Part shown: positions 11,342 through 25,272 of the stretch, in pieces
Layout of the letters: every line of letters begins with the position of its first letter
Position numbering within the stretch: the stretch's first letter is position 1
Assembly (NCBI GenBank): GCA_050273025.1
Contig: CP158636.1
Coordinates: 1,426,001 to 1,490,000 of the forward strand
Direction: 5' to 3'
DNA: 64,000 nucleotides
From: Cenococcum geophilum
Lineage: Eukaryota
Program-made: the position numbers and the translations under genes
The notes under the pieces: generated by a model
Seen by the model: the letters and a program-made list of their open reading frames with translations, nothing else
What the model was told of the DNA's origin: nothing
Database searches by the model: none

Positions 11342-14300
11342 ATGGCAGAGCCTGCTGTAATTAAGTATAGCAAGTGCTATATCTATAAGCCCCGCCTTAA
11401 CTTTATTAAAGACGGCCCTTTAAAAAAGCTTTTAAAGCTATACCAGTTGTGTCGGTTAAAGGCGCGTTTTCCCTCTATATTACTTCTGCTTTTACTTACT
11501 TCTCTAGGCCTCTAAACATAATTTAAATAAGCGGAAAGCTCTTGCGGAGCTAGGTTCCACTACTATAAAGCGCCAGCTAAATATTCTACCTAAAAATGAT
11601 ACTGAGAACGCCTTTTTACCTCGCGGCCAGAATAGTTAAGATACCCCTAAAATTGCTTAGTAATGGAGGGAAATTGTAGTAATATAACGGGAGTACCGCT
11701 TTTTAAATTGGCGGGGTGAAGCTTATTTACAGACTCCTCCGCTATATATACTAGATAAGGCTCTAATACCTACCCTAGCATTAATACTACCTGTTTTAGG
11801 GCAAGCTCTAACTGCAGCTACACTACCCGTTTTAGCTGTTAACTGGGAGCGAATTAATAAGTTTAGGAGTGCGCTATAAGCTGAATGTATGGAGACGTGC
11901 AGGCGTTGTAAGGAGTGGTGGTTTTAAATAGGCCTAGCTACGGAGGGTGACGATATAGGTGTATATAAAGCCTGTATTAGGGACACTAATAGCCTTAAGG
12001 ATCTAGCCCTTCCTTTCCTATTTAGTAAAGGTAATGAGCTTAATCTAGGGCCTATTCCTGGCTTTCTACCTATACTTACCGCGGTGGAGGAGCTTCTAAT
12101 TGCGCGCGTATATATTTATCTATAAGTTGTGCATATACGCGGCTAGTAATATCGCTATACTGGCTACGTTTGCTGCTTTAGTTAGAACACACTAAAGACT
12201 TAAAGGCAGCTACTACGGCTACCTACTAAACTTAATATACTGGTCGTGAGGCCTACGGTAGTAGAGGGTGGTAAATACCTAAGTCGGCGGTTTACTAAGC
12301 GGTATACCGTAAGGCGCTTTACTATAGTATAGTGGCTTTACTTTCTAAAAGTTAATTATCCTAATTATCGCGACGTTAAAATATATAGTACTTGGCTTAC
12401 TAGCTTAACCAAAAATGGCTCTGTATTAGATTAGCTACCTTATATTAATAAGTTAAAGTCTAATTCTAGTGGCCTAACGGCTTACCCTACTGCTCCTATA
12501 TAATGTCCTTTTATTATTAATCCTCTGCCTACCAAGCTTAGCAGTAATCTACTAGACGGTAAATTTAATAACGATGTATTAGATACTTTGGTTCCTAATC
12601 TAGTGCCTAACCTTAATAAATTAGAGCTTTTAGGTCGCGAGGTTTAATACTAATAAGACCTATAAGTAGGCTTAGAGGTTCCTACTGTGCGACAGACACC
12701 TCTCTCTAAGTAATTAGCTAGTTTTATTATACGCGGTGCCTTTCTTACTGTTTCCTTATAGTAAAGCCAATTTTAATATGCTATAAAGCCGTATAGTTAC
12801 CCTGGCTGCGTATACTAAGTATATGCTTAAGTATTAGGACGGTTAGTTTAGCCACTACCTCTTATTTCACTACTATGTGTTTAATCAGATTATAAGAGAG
12901 CAAGCCCTTAACGCTACCCACTTCCTTTGCGGCCGATTAGATAAGAATAGTCTATCTTTAGATAAGCTTAGTAATCTTATAAATAGTAATAGGGGTAGCT
13001 AGTTGCTAAATAAGATTATACGGCATATATGTAACCTTAAGGGCACTAGACCTTATTAGAGGTAGAAGAGAAATAAGCTTATAGCTTATGCTAAGAATAT
13101 TAAGAGCGGGTCTCTATTCTTTACACTTAGCGCTACTAATCTATACTTTTATATGCCTTTATTTAACGAATATAAGGCTGCTAATAAGGCTTAGCGCTAC
13201 TGGATTACTTCTTAAAATCTTAATAATAATCCGCATATTGCTACTTACTAGCTATATTACCGCTTTAATCTATTTAGGAAGCACGTGCTTATAGGCCTAT
13301 TTAATAGCACTGACTTTTAGTCCTAATATAAGTGGTAGGTATAAGGTAGCGGCTATATATATAGCTTCTTATAGAGTTTAACAGCCCTAAGGCTAGATCC
13401 GTCAGCTAGTAAATTAAGGGCTGCTTTTGCTAAGTACTGGGCTACTTTTATATCTATAATTAATCCTAATTAATCTAGGCCTCCTAATCTTTAATATCCT
13501 TTTACTCTTAGCTATAAAGAACAGCTTAATACTAGTGAGCTTCTTACTACCTGCCTTAATCGATTTTAATAGCACTGTAATTGCACCGAATCTTACTGCT
13601 TAAGATTAAAGAAAGGCTCTACTAGAGTAAAGGAGTGCCGCTTCTATTTTCCACGCTTTCTCTATAATGAGGCTGCTGTATTAAAGGATTAAAATCTATA
13701 TTACTAGACGTTCTGTCCATAGTATAACAATAAGCTTTTTAATAGTTATAATGCAGTAATAATATTAGCGTAGATGGCGAATATTAATACGTTACCCGCT
13801 ATAAGCGTATTAGTAATAGTTAACTATATAGGCAAATATTGCAGCAAGAAAGAGAAGAAGTTAACTTCCTACTAGGAGCTACTCTAATTAGTACAGCCGC
13901 ACGCTAATAGCCTTTATACCTTTAGTTTGGTAGTGGCCAGGTTTATAAACAAGCTTATTACTAAACGCGATTAATTAGCGTAGAAGGTATACTATCTACT
14001 TCTTAATATTTCCCTTTATAAAGGCTTTAGAAATATAGTAACTTTAAACTACTACTAGGAGGATAATTAGAGCGCTATATATAAGCTTAAGGATGGGCAA
14101 CTAAGAGGGTATAGACTGTTTAACTATAAGAAATATAAGCGCCGCCTAGATGGGGTAGAGGACGTTACTTTCCTTAATTTTCTACTTTATTTTAATTACT
14201 CTACTTATAAGCGTTAACTAAGAGCAAGGCCTTAAGTTATATCGTACTTTCCGCGATATAAGGGTAATCCTTCTTATCCGCAGTATCCTAAGTTCTGCTA

Positions 14301-16170
14301 TGTAAAGCTCATTCTTTATTATCTATAGAGGGAGTATAAGGAAGTGGCTACTTATACTAATAGATTTGGGGCCCCTAATTATATGGCTTCCTATTAGGCT
14401 TATATTAACTCTTATTAGTACCCGCCTAACTACTTCTGTAATTGGAAATTAGAGGAAGCTTATAAAACTACTAATAATATTAATAAGTTTAAGGGCGATT
14501 TCGCAGACGACTTGGAGCTATATTAGTCCTTTAAGGCCCTATATGCCCGCGTTTAAAACACTAACAGAGTTAAGATTAAGGATCCTGACAGGCTTAGTAA
14601 TAGGGAGCTTAATTATAACTACAATTAGGGTATATATTGGGGTACGTACCCGCAGCTTAATAAAAGGACTTATTGGTAGGAAGTATGGTTATAGCCTCTA
14701 TTGTAGAGCCGCCTATCCTAAAGGGCAACTCCGTTTTCCTTATAACTAGGCCAGCGTTATATTTATAACGCCGTAGTTAATTACTACAGGCAGATCTAAC
14801 TAGGCCTTAGCCCCCCCCTATTGCGGATTAACGTTAATAGAGAGGTAGAAACCGGCAAATTGTATCTTATTACTGTCCTCTTTACTACGCTTTGTAATAT
14901 AGTAAGGGCTAATAGTAAGCCGTCGCTATTGGCTTGAGCCGCCCCTACTAGGGTAGCTGCCTTTAGTATTAACGGCAGAACTATATACGATCTATTAAGG
15001 TTGCTGGTAAATTATCCGTTTAAGGAATTGCCTTCTGCTAGTCTTACGCCTCTATAATAAGCTTTTAAGGATATTTACTATCTTATCCTTAACGAGAAAT
15101 CTATAATCGGGCAAGTATATCTAGCCTAGATTGATTACCGCCTCCGTTAAATCTACCCTACGCGTAATAACGACTACTTTAGAGGCTTAAATATCTTGCT
15201 AGTGGGCGATTTCTATTAGCTTCCCCCTATATGTTAGGCGGCCTTATATAGTAATTTACCCGCTAGGCTGTTAGAGCTCGCTAGCTATAAAAAGGGAGCC
15301 TATAAGGCGATTAACCGAACAGCTATCCTAGATTAAGTTATACGGTAGGGTAGTAATAACGCTAAAAGCTCTATATTTAGGACCGCCCTTATAGAGCTAT
15401 ATAGTAATTTTATAAGTAATTTAACTTAGAAGCTTCTTTTAACTAGGTATAAGTAGGGCCTATCTACTAATAAGGTTGCGGGCTTTAATAACGCAATTCG
15501 GCTATATAGCATACGCGCTGCTATAGGTAAGTATAATACTATTTAGCTTTGCGACCTTTTATAGCTAGTAGTAGTTATTAAGTTAGTTAACACTAGTATA
15601 GGTACGCAGAAAGTTACTTCTAATTAATGCGATACTATAGAGAATCTAGCCCTATATATTAGCGCGAAAGTAATACTAATATAGAATATCTAGGTTAAAC
15701 TAGGCTTAGTAAACGGTATTACTAGTATAGTTAAAGATATCGTATAGAAGGGATACGCGGATATTAAAAAGGATCAGCCTTAGTCACTACTAATTATAGT
15801 AGATAGGTACAACGGACCTGCCCTATTTACTTAGTAGGATGGCAAGAAAGTTATCTCTATATTTTCCGTGCTTTATAAGTAGGAGGGTATAAGAGGCTCT
15901 TACTTACGGCGTTAATTTCTAATTACTCTAGCTTTTACTCTTACTGTATATAAAAGCTAGGGCCTAATACTTAACCAGGTGGTTCTAGATATTAAGAAAA
16001 AGGATAAGATAGCTAGGCTAATCTATATAGCAATCTTATAAGTTAGGAAGCTTTTAGGGCTTATATTTAAATGTAGGTTTAATATAAAACGATTTTAGTT
16101 ATTTATAAGTAAGACTAAAAAGGTATAATAAGAAGATTTTGTACGGAGGTAGTAGCAACTACTTATAAAC
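11342..16170 (+). mobile_element. Helitron-like element, Rep/PIF1-helicase ORF relic (last codons at ~24146-24157, beyond the Gypsy insertion)
   Basis: N-terminal Cys pairs and LTAVEELLIAR (~12075). Rep motifs FFTLSAAD (~13118), EWQARGSGHVHGFLW (HUH, ~13330) and YIGKYCSK (~13825). Helicase motifs GEAGTGKS (~14840), LILDEKSM (~15082), GDFYQLPP (~15205) and TVHKSQGLTL (~15942). Termini not defined. Confidence 0.9.
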
Positions 16171-19100
16171 TGTTACGGACGCTTTAAGTACAATATTATA
16201 ACTACTAGGAGAGGAGTTAGAAGAAGCTAGTTGGTTGATTTAAGCACGGTCTAGGATAGAACCGATGGAGCTATGTGACGAGGAATGGTAACTGAGGTCA
16301 TATAATGTGATTTGTATAATCTATATAATCTATATAATCTATAATAGAGTAGATAGAGTACACGTATACTATATATAAGAAGGATTTTATAGGAGTACGG
16401 TTGTGTATTTAAAGGACTATAGTCCCTACCTAGATAGTTCCTTCCTTATAGTGATTCTTAGAATACAATTAGAGTTAATCTATTAGGCAACTACTCTACT
16501 AGTTGTTATTACTTGTTGACCTCTATACTTATATTACCTATATACCTAGCCTAATAATAAGCCCACCGTAGTTCCTACTATAAAGTTCCGTTATATAATT
16601 ACTACCTAGTTACGGTATTAAATATAGAGAGTCAAACAATATGCCACCAAAAGCACCAGCTATAACGCTATTGACGGCGGCAACTACTTTAAGGTTAGGT
16701 AACGATACTAGTATAGCAGATACTAACTTATAGCAACCTATAACGGTCGGATAACTATAAGTGATAGTTAACCAGTTAATAGAAAATAATGTGACGTTGG
16801 AAAATAGAATTAATAGAATAGGCGCAGCAAAGGTTAAGTTACTATCGATTAAAAGGTACTTAGGAGAGAGATTAAAGCTTAAAGGATTCCTTATATAGAT
16901 GTACTTTAAGGTTATATAAGAGGGAGCAAAACTAGTAACACCTATGGATTAAATAGCGTATGCAGGACTGTTCTTAATAGGAAGGGCACTTAAATGGTTT
17001 AAACTTTACCTTACGGAAATCTAGGTAAATAGAATAACGACTATAAACCAAGAGGTACGGTTTATGTTCTTAAGCTAAAATGGATTTGTGGAACGACTTA
17101 TATAAATATTTAGAGACCTAGAGGCAGTAACTACGGCGGAAAGAAAACTCTAAGATATTATATAACGAACCTTAGTAATAAAGTATATAACGTAGTTCTA
17201 GACGTTAGCGATATAAGTAGAGTGGAATAATAGGGCGCTTATAGCACAGTATAAATAAGGACTTAAGGCTAAAGTCTAGGACGCGATTATCCTAATAGAA
17301 GATGCGGATACCCTAAGGGAACTAATAGATTAAGTGATTAAGATTAATAATTAGATCTACTAAAGGGAATAGGCTAAGAAAGGTTAGAATAGAGTTTTAT
17401 AGTTATATAAGGCGCAAAGTATATAACAACTAAAGCCAAGTTAGAAATTATAGTATAGCGTAGAGCTAATAGACCTAAGTGGTATTAAAGAAGCCTATAA
17501 AAGATGGAGTAAAAAACTATAGAAACCTAGAGGATAAAGATTAAGTAATTAAAGGTCTAAGGAGTAGAGGCTAAACTAGGGATCTTAGCAGTAGAAGACA
17601 TTTAGGCGGACTCTATAGCAAGAAAAATGGTTTAAAGAGGGAGTTTGTATAAATTGCGGAAAATAGGGTTATTACGTTAGAGACTGTAGAAGTAGGTAAG
17701 GTTACTATATAGTAAAAGGCACAAGACTAGCAGACAATATATATATATAGAGGGATAACAATATGCTATAAGAAATAAAAGAGTGTTTAATTAAAAGTTT
17801 TGCGTTTTATTATAATAACGTATACCGAATTTATAAGGACGCTAAGTATAGTATAAGCTATTGGCTATAGGAGCTAGTACCTATAGGATACAGAGGAACT
17901 AACGAACCAGTTTGCAGATCGGATATTAAGGACGATAAATTTAATATAGGCGAAATATTCCGTAACGACGAGGTAATAAGGGTAGCTTACTAGGAGTATA
18001 CGGACCTCTAAGATATTATAATAGAGGTAGAAAATAATTCCACTATAGAATAGGGAATATTAGTAGGGATTAAAACCCTACTAGATATAATGTCTATTGC
18101 TTTATAAGACGTAAGAGAAGTAGGACAGCGAACTACTTCGGCACTTAATAAAGGCAGAAGGCCAAAGGCTTAAGATTCTTAAGATAAGATAAGAGATGAC
18201 TAAGATTCTTAAGACGAGATGAGGTAAGCTTAAGGACCTATAATAGATAATAACCGATAGAGTAGAGCAACGGCTTAGTTTAGTAACATATAAATAAGTT
18301 TAGGACGAAGTTTCCTAAAGGTATAAGACTCTTAAGATAAAATAAGTAAGATTTAAGATTCTTAAGATAAGATAAGAATATTAAATAAGCCTAGTTGGAC
18401 TAAGGCTAAAGTAAGACTTAAGATAGAAGTAAGCGCAGGACTAAGAATCTAAAGGGGTTAAGAATTTGGAGTGTAAATAAGGACACCCATAAATAAGAGG
18501 TAAGAGGCTTCTTTATAGATTAGAGAATCTATAGCGTAAACAGTAATTAGATTAAGAGACGAATATATAAACCTAGAGGATTTACTAATAGAATATAGTA
18601 TTCGGACTAAAGATCGGAATGTTAATACTAGGATTAAAAAGTAAGAAGACTTTAAAGATCTAGGCGTAAGGCGCAAACTAAAAAAAACTATAGAAGAATT
18701 TAGGTAAAGAATTATTGTATAGTAAGAACAGAAACTAGATAAAAGATTTAGTATATTAGGACGTATAAGGGATAGAGCACTAGTATAAAGAATTACTAAT
18801 AGGCCTAGGGTAGGTATACTAAGAGCTAAGTGGCTTACCGAACTAGAAGATAAAGAGGATTTAGGGATCCTAACTAGGTTCGAGGAACGATATATAAAGG
18901 GCTGTTATAACGCAGTAATAAGAAGATACTTCCTTACGGATAAGCCGTATATACTTTAGTAGCTGTACTAAAAGTGGTATAGGCAGAGGCATAACAATAA
19001 GTGGGAAGATTTCTATATATAGTTGGATGAAAAAGTTATTTAAGACCACCTAATTATAGAGAAGGCTATGACTTATATTAAAGGAGCCTTAATTATAACG

Positions 19101-22100
19101 TTAAAGGATCTAGAGGAGCGTTTAGAGGACTAGAGAAGTAAAAGGCGTATCTTGGTACCTGTAAATAAAGTTATAATATTTAGATTAGCGCGATAAAGGT
19201 TTAAACTTAAGAGCGAAGATAAGCTAAGAGTTAACCTAAAGCACCTGGTATACTATACGCTATTATAGATTGCATACGTGGATAATATATACGAGATATA
19301 TAAGAATCCAAAGGAAAAGAATTAGAAATACCCTATAAGAATATATTAGATAATAGATAAGTAATAGTATAGGAATGCCAAATATATGTATAGATGGCAT
19401 CTAGTAGAGGTTTAAGAGGAAGGAAGTTTAATACTTTAACTAGGAAGATTCCTTACAAAAGAATACTTAGACGGACGATAGTAGTAGGAATGCCTAGAGA
19501 ATACGTGTCTATAGCATATTAAAGATAAAAAATAAACTAGGTATTGGCTAAGAGATAAGCTAAGTATATAAGGATTAAGCAGCTAATAGTTAGGAAAAGT
19601 AGAGGCCTATAGGACTAGAGGGAGCTAGTAGTAGAGCCTTAGACCCTTAAAGGAATTTAAGGACAATACTTAAATTTATAAGTTAAATAGTAAGATTAGC
19701 AGTTTGAAGCGCTAATAGATAGTAGAGTAACGTAGAACTATATTTTACTAACAGTAGTTAAGAGAATGGGACTACCTTATAGGTAGAAGGAGTAACCTTA
19801 CCTATTAGTTATAATTTTAGGAGATCTAATAGCCTACGGAGGAGGGATTATTAATCTTAAAACAGGACCTATTTAAATAACTATTAAAGGGAGACAGATT
19901 GAAATGTCTTTTAATATCCTACTATTGGGACGGGATAAGGCAGTACTAGGGATGCCTTAGTTACAGGAATATAATCTAAGAATCGATTAGATTATAGGTT
20001 AGGTCGATATTAAGGATACTTAATGCCGCAAATTGCGATAATAGGCTAAGATAGTATAGTACTAAGTTGGAGCGATATATGAAGAGACCGAGCGAGGCTT
20101 AAGTTATATACTAAAGAGATACTATAAGTATGGTAAGAAATTATGGTTACTAGAAAGTGAAAAGCTGTTAGAGTATATAGTATAGGACTATAAGATAGAA
20201 TTAGAACTAGGAATAAGTTTAAGGTTCTTTTTAATCTATAAGCTTACTAAAGAAGAAGGTAGAGCACTAAAGGAGTTTATTTAGGAGAACTTACGGAAAG
20301 GATATATTAGACTATCGCAGTTATTAGTAGGTTATTTAGTACTATTTATACTAAAGAAGAATAGTAAACTAAGGCTATGTATCGACTATAGATAGTTAAA
20401 CAGCATTACTAGAAAGGATAGGTATCCTTTACCCTTAATTAGCGAAATCTAAGATAGGATAGGCAACGTGTAAATCTTTATAAAGATAGATCTAAGATAG
20501 GCGTACTATTAGATTAGGATTAAGGAAGGCGATAAATGGAAGGCAGTTTTTAGGTTAAAGGAAGGACTATATAAACCATTAGTTATGCAATTTGGGCTTA
20601 TAAATGTACTAGCAACGTTCTAAAAGCGTATTAATAATATATTAGGAGAATACTTGGATAAATTTGTTATAGTATATCTCGATAATATTATTATCTACTT
20701 AATAAATAAGGAAGAATATAGAGAATATGTTAAATGGGTTTTAAAGAAACTATAAGAAGAATAGATGCTAGTAGTAATTAAGAAATGCGAGTTCTTTATA
20801 AGGAAAACCGATTTTATTAGATTTATTATTAAACTAGGCCTACTTAGTATAGATCTAAAGAAGATTAAGGCTATAGTAAATTGGTAAAAACTAGAGAACG
20901 TTATATAGTTAAGATTGTTTCTAGGGTTTTGCAATTACTGTAGAAGGTTTATAGCGTAATAGTTAAAGGATATTAAGCTATTTACGCGGTTAATAAAGAA
21001 AGAGGAACTATAGGCATAGGGAGAGGAATAGAGAGAACTCTTTAAAAAGGTTAAAGAGTTATTTACTTAGGAGCTAGTTCTTAAGATCTATTAACCTGGA
21101 TTAGAGACGGTTGTAAAAATAAATATATTGGACTATACACTAGGGGTATACTTTATGCAAAGGCATTAAGATAGATGGCACCCAGTAGCATACTATAGTT
21201 GAAAGATAATACTACTAGAATTAAACTATGACATCTATAATAAGGAGTTGTTAGGTATAATTACAGTATTAAAGGAATAGAGAGTATTCTTACAAGGTAT
21301 AGAGAAACTATTTATAGTTAAGATGGATTATAAGAACCTAATAGGATTCCTAACGATAAAGGAACTTAATTAAAGATAGGTTAGATGGGCAGAGATGCTT
21401 GCAGAATACTATTTTAAGATTTAGTATACTAAAGGTATAGATAATACGTAAGCAGATGCTCTAAGTCAAGAGGCTAAACTATAAAATAATGAAAAGCTAT
21501 TAGGGGCTTTACTGCGAAAAGATATAGACGGACTAATTAGATATAATTATCTAAAAATTATAGCAACTTAGGAAGAACTGGAAAAGATTTATAAGATACT
21601 AGAAAGCTTTTAGGTATAAAGAATTCTAGAGATATAACTAGAAGATCTATAGGCGGATATATACGAAAACTGAGAAGTAAAGTATATCCTAAGAAGCATA
21701 GTAGAGCAATTTATGGAAGATTTCTATAAGGGATTAACTTAAGGACATAATAGAGCTATAGGCTTAGTGTTGAGACTCCAGGAGGAATATATTATTGATA
21801 GAATCTAAAATATTGTAAGAAAAGTAATAAAGGAGTGTCTAGATTGCTAGAGAAATAAACTAATAAGGTATAAGCTATATAGAGGGCTATAACCTATTAA
21901 AATACTAGAGAGACTATAGGAGGTTATATCGTGGGACTTTATTGTTAAGTTACTAAAGTTAAGAGATTCTATTACTAGATAGGACTATAACGCGATCCTA
22001 GTAATAGTAGATAAGCTTATAAAGTAGGGATACTTTATAGTATATATAGAGGAAATATTAGCGGAAGATGTCGCTAGAATCTATATAAAAGAAGTATTTA

Positions 22101-24140
22101 TAAGATATAGAGTACTAAGTAAGATTATATTAAATAGGGATTTAAGATTTATAGCAGCATTCTAGGAAGTGTTTTTAGCAGAGTAAGGAGTTAGAGTAGT
22201 AACTTCTACTGTATATTATCTGCAGACAGATAGTTAGATAGAAAGATTAAATTAGACGCTAGAGCAGTATCTAAGGCATTATATTAATTATGCATAAAAT
22301 AATTAGGTATTGCTATTACTAGTTATATAGTTTATATATAATATAACACCTTAAGAAGGAATAGGTATATTACTATTTAAGGCGAATTACGGATACGAGC
22401 TAAGAATATTGTTGTTATTATAGTAAGTAAAGAAAACAAGTAGCAGAACTAAAGAAAGAATAAAGATATTAATGAATCTTTATATAGACCTTATAGAATT
22501 AGTAAAGAAAGTATAAGAGAAAATAAAAAAGTACTATAACGCTAAGAGATCTAAGGGACTAGATCTTAAGGAGGGAGATAAAGTATAGCTACTATACAAA
22601 AATTTTAAGAGTTAACGACTAAGTAAGAAGTTGGACTATGTTAGACTAGGACCTTTTAAAATTATATAAAGAATTTTACCAGTTATGTTTAAGTTAGACC
22701 TACTAGCTAAAATGAAGATCTACCCTATATAGCATATCGTGATGCTAGAGCTAGTATACGGAAATGTTAAGCTACTAGTCTATAAAGCAGACATGTATAG
22801 AGGATAGGAAGAAGATAAATAGTAAGTTTTAAAGATTGTTAGTTATAAGGACGTTAACAATAAAATATGGTATGAGGTTAAGTAGATAGGCTATACTAAA
22901 ACTACCTAGGAACTACTAGAGAATTTAAAGAATATTATAGGAAAGGTATAGGAGTATTAGAAGAGATTAGGTTAGGTAGTATTAATAAAGAAGAATTGCT
23001 AAAGAATAAGTTACCTAAGGGGGACCTAAGAAGAGTAGTTGCCGAACTACTTGGATCTATTTCCTTTTCTATTAGAGGAGAATCCGTTCTTTTATTACTA
23101 AGTTCCTATAAACCTTATTCTATAAGTTTCCACTCCTTAGAATAAACCTTCTTACGTACTTTTTTAAGACGGATTAACTAAGTGGATGCCGCTAAATAAG
23201 ACTTAAGGGCCCGTTGCTGAGTATTAACAGCCTCCTGTTTAGTATTTTAGGAACGGCGTAGTTCCGCTAAGGTAATAGACAGTTTATTATCTAGCTATGT
23301 AGTAGCAGATTAAATATAAAACCCTAAGATAAATTAATTAGGGAACCAGACGACTATTAAAAGTAATAGGTTGTATATATTTAGTATTAGAGATAGAGCA
23401 AACGTTATAGGACGAATAAATATTCGCTTTAGTGCACTCTAAGTAAGAGGACGGTTGTTGCGAAGATGGGTTCGCTAACGTAATATAGACTAACCCCTCT
23501 TTTAAACAATAAGAATATAGAGATAGTATAATCTTACCTAGAGATAATATCGCAGTAATAGTGTAAGTACGACAAATGGTTGAAGAAGAAGAAATTGCTT
23601 TAGGTATAATAAGTAACGATATTAACTAAATTAATTAGATAGATATTATACCTCTAGTAAATAACTTAGAGATGTTTTAAATCTTTAAGGACGAAGATAA
23701 AGAGGAGGGAGATGGTGTTACGGACGCTTTAAGTACAATATTATAACTACTAGGAGAGGAGTTAGAAGAAGCTAGTTAGTTAATTTAAGTACGGTCTAGG
23801 ATGGAACTGATGGAGCTATATAATAAGGAATGGTAACTAAGGTTATATAATATAATCTGTATAATTTATATAATCTATATAATCTGTAATAGTGTAGATA
23901 GAGTACACGTATACTATATATAAGAAGGATTTTATAGGAGTACGGTTGTGTATTTAAAGGACTATAATCCCTACCTAGATAGTTCCTTCCTTGTAGTGAT
24001 TCTTAGAATATAATTAGAGTTAATCTATTGGGCAACCACTCCACTAGTTGTTATTACTTGTTGACCTCTATACTTATATTACCTATATACCTAGCCTAAT
24101 AACAAGCCTACCGTAGTTCTTACTACAAGGTTCCGTTATA
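16171..24140 (+). mobile_element. Full-length RIP-inactivated Ty3/Gypsy chromovirus, copy 2
   Basis: 425-bp LTRs at 16171-16595 and 23716-24140. TSD TAAAC at 16166-16170 and 24141-24145. gag ATG at 16641, pol ends ~23002. Colinear with copy 1 minus its two insertions. Confidence 0.97.
22900..23607 (-). pseudogene. Antisense Zn2Cys6-like/coiled-coil gene, copy 2 (putative intron 23378-23324)
   Basis: Same Cys spacing and same 55-nt intron as copy 1, with a 21-nt in-frame insertion in the coiled-coil part. The 3' end is approximate. Confidence 0.7.
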
Positions 24141-24779
24141 TAAACGACTTTTCCTAAATAGGAAATTATGTACTGGCTCGGAGGTAAGCGGAGAATATAG
24201 CATTTGTCTTAGTTTTTAATTTTTAAATAGCTTAACTGCAAAATCCAATTTTTTTAAATTTTAACCCCCCTATCTGTCCTACCTTTTTACCGCTTCTAGA
24301 GCTATTAGATATACATATAATAGTATATAGGGAGAATTAGTAGTACTACCGGATTAATATTGCTGCTATCTGTAGCGTTAATTAATTTTTAGAATTTTTA
24401 GAATTTTTTTAAAGGGCGGAAATGTTGTTTATGTAAGAAGTTATATAACCTTTAAGAATACTTAGGACCGTATATTAGCAGCCACGACTTCTCTATACTA
24501 TAGTTAAGATTTTATATATACTACACCTGGAGCTACTTATAATAACTATTACCTATAAATCTGCCAATTTATAAATTAAAAATTAGACGTAGTTAGAGCT
24601 GTTAGTAGGGGTTATTAATTACGTTCCCCGTAATAAAATTTTAGATTTTGGTAATCTAAACTAATGAATTAAATTAAAAGTTTGGAATGTCTAAATAAGG
24701 TTTTACTAAGATGCTAGCTAGACTCTAACCTAGACCCTTTCTAACCTATTAAATTTTAAAAATAACGACCTTTACCGAA

Positions 24780-25156
24780 TTAAAAATTAACCTTATCCTT
24801 AATAAGCCATCTAATTAGATTTAATGATTCTTTATTATCTAAGATATAGCTAAAACTAATAAGGTATAGCAGTATATCGACCTATCTAAGAAGAAAGACG
24901 ATCTTTTAAAGCTAGAACTACTAAGTCGGCCTATACTAAGGGATATACTACCTACGGCTATATTAATAGCAAAGCTAGACCCAAACTAGCTTACTGCTTA
25001 TAACTAGCTCTACGCTAGATATAAGGACGATCTACGCGTATACTAGAAGCAAAAATAGGCTATAAACGATATTAATAACTACATCGTTCGCACTATATCG
25101 GTAGCCTACCTTTTACTTATTAATAGCCTTAGTAGTTAGTTATATTAAATATTTAA
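24780..25156 (+). pseudogene. Ty1/Copia gag N-terminal fragment
   Basis: De-RIPed ILDKPSDWIQWFFIIQDTAKTNKVWQYIDP resembles the gag start at ~59080 (IILNKPEDWEQW...IWAYINP). Stops abruptly at the 25157 hairpin. Confidence 0.65.
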
Positions 25157-25160
25157 GGCG

Positions 25161-25196
25161 TCTCTACCACTATAGTAGCCACTATAGTGGTAGAGA
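25161..25196. repeat. Perfect 16-bp-arm hairpin
   Basis: TCTCTACCACTATAGT-AGCC-ACTATAGTGGTAGAGA. Extends to 20-bp arms if two transition changes are reverted. Confidence 0.95.
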
Positions 25197-25272
25197 TACC
25201 CTGTATTTTAGTAAGTAATTAAGCCTATCTTGTACGAGAATCTCGTACTATTAGTACTTACTAAATCACGTG

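Noticed and set aside
24150..24165. TTTCCTA-AA-TAGGAAA as the Helitron 3' hairpin
   Set aside because: It is AT-rich, overlaps the presumed stop codon, could arise by RIP, and is not followed by CTRR at the expected distance.
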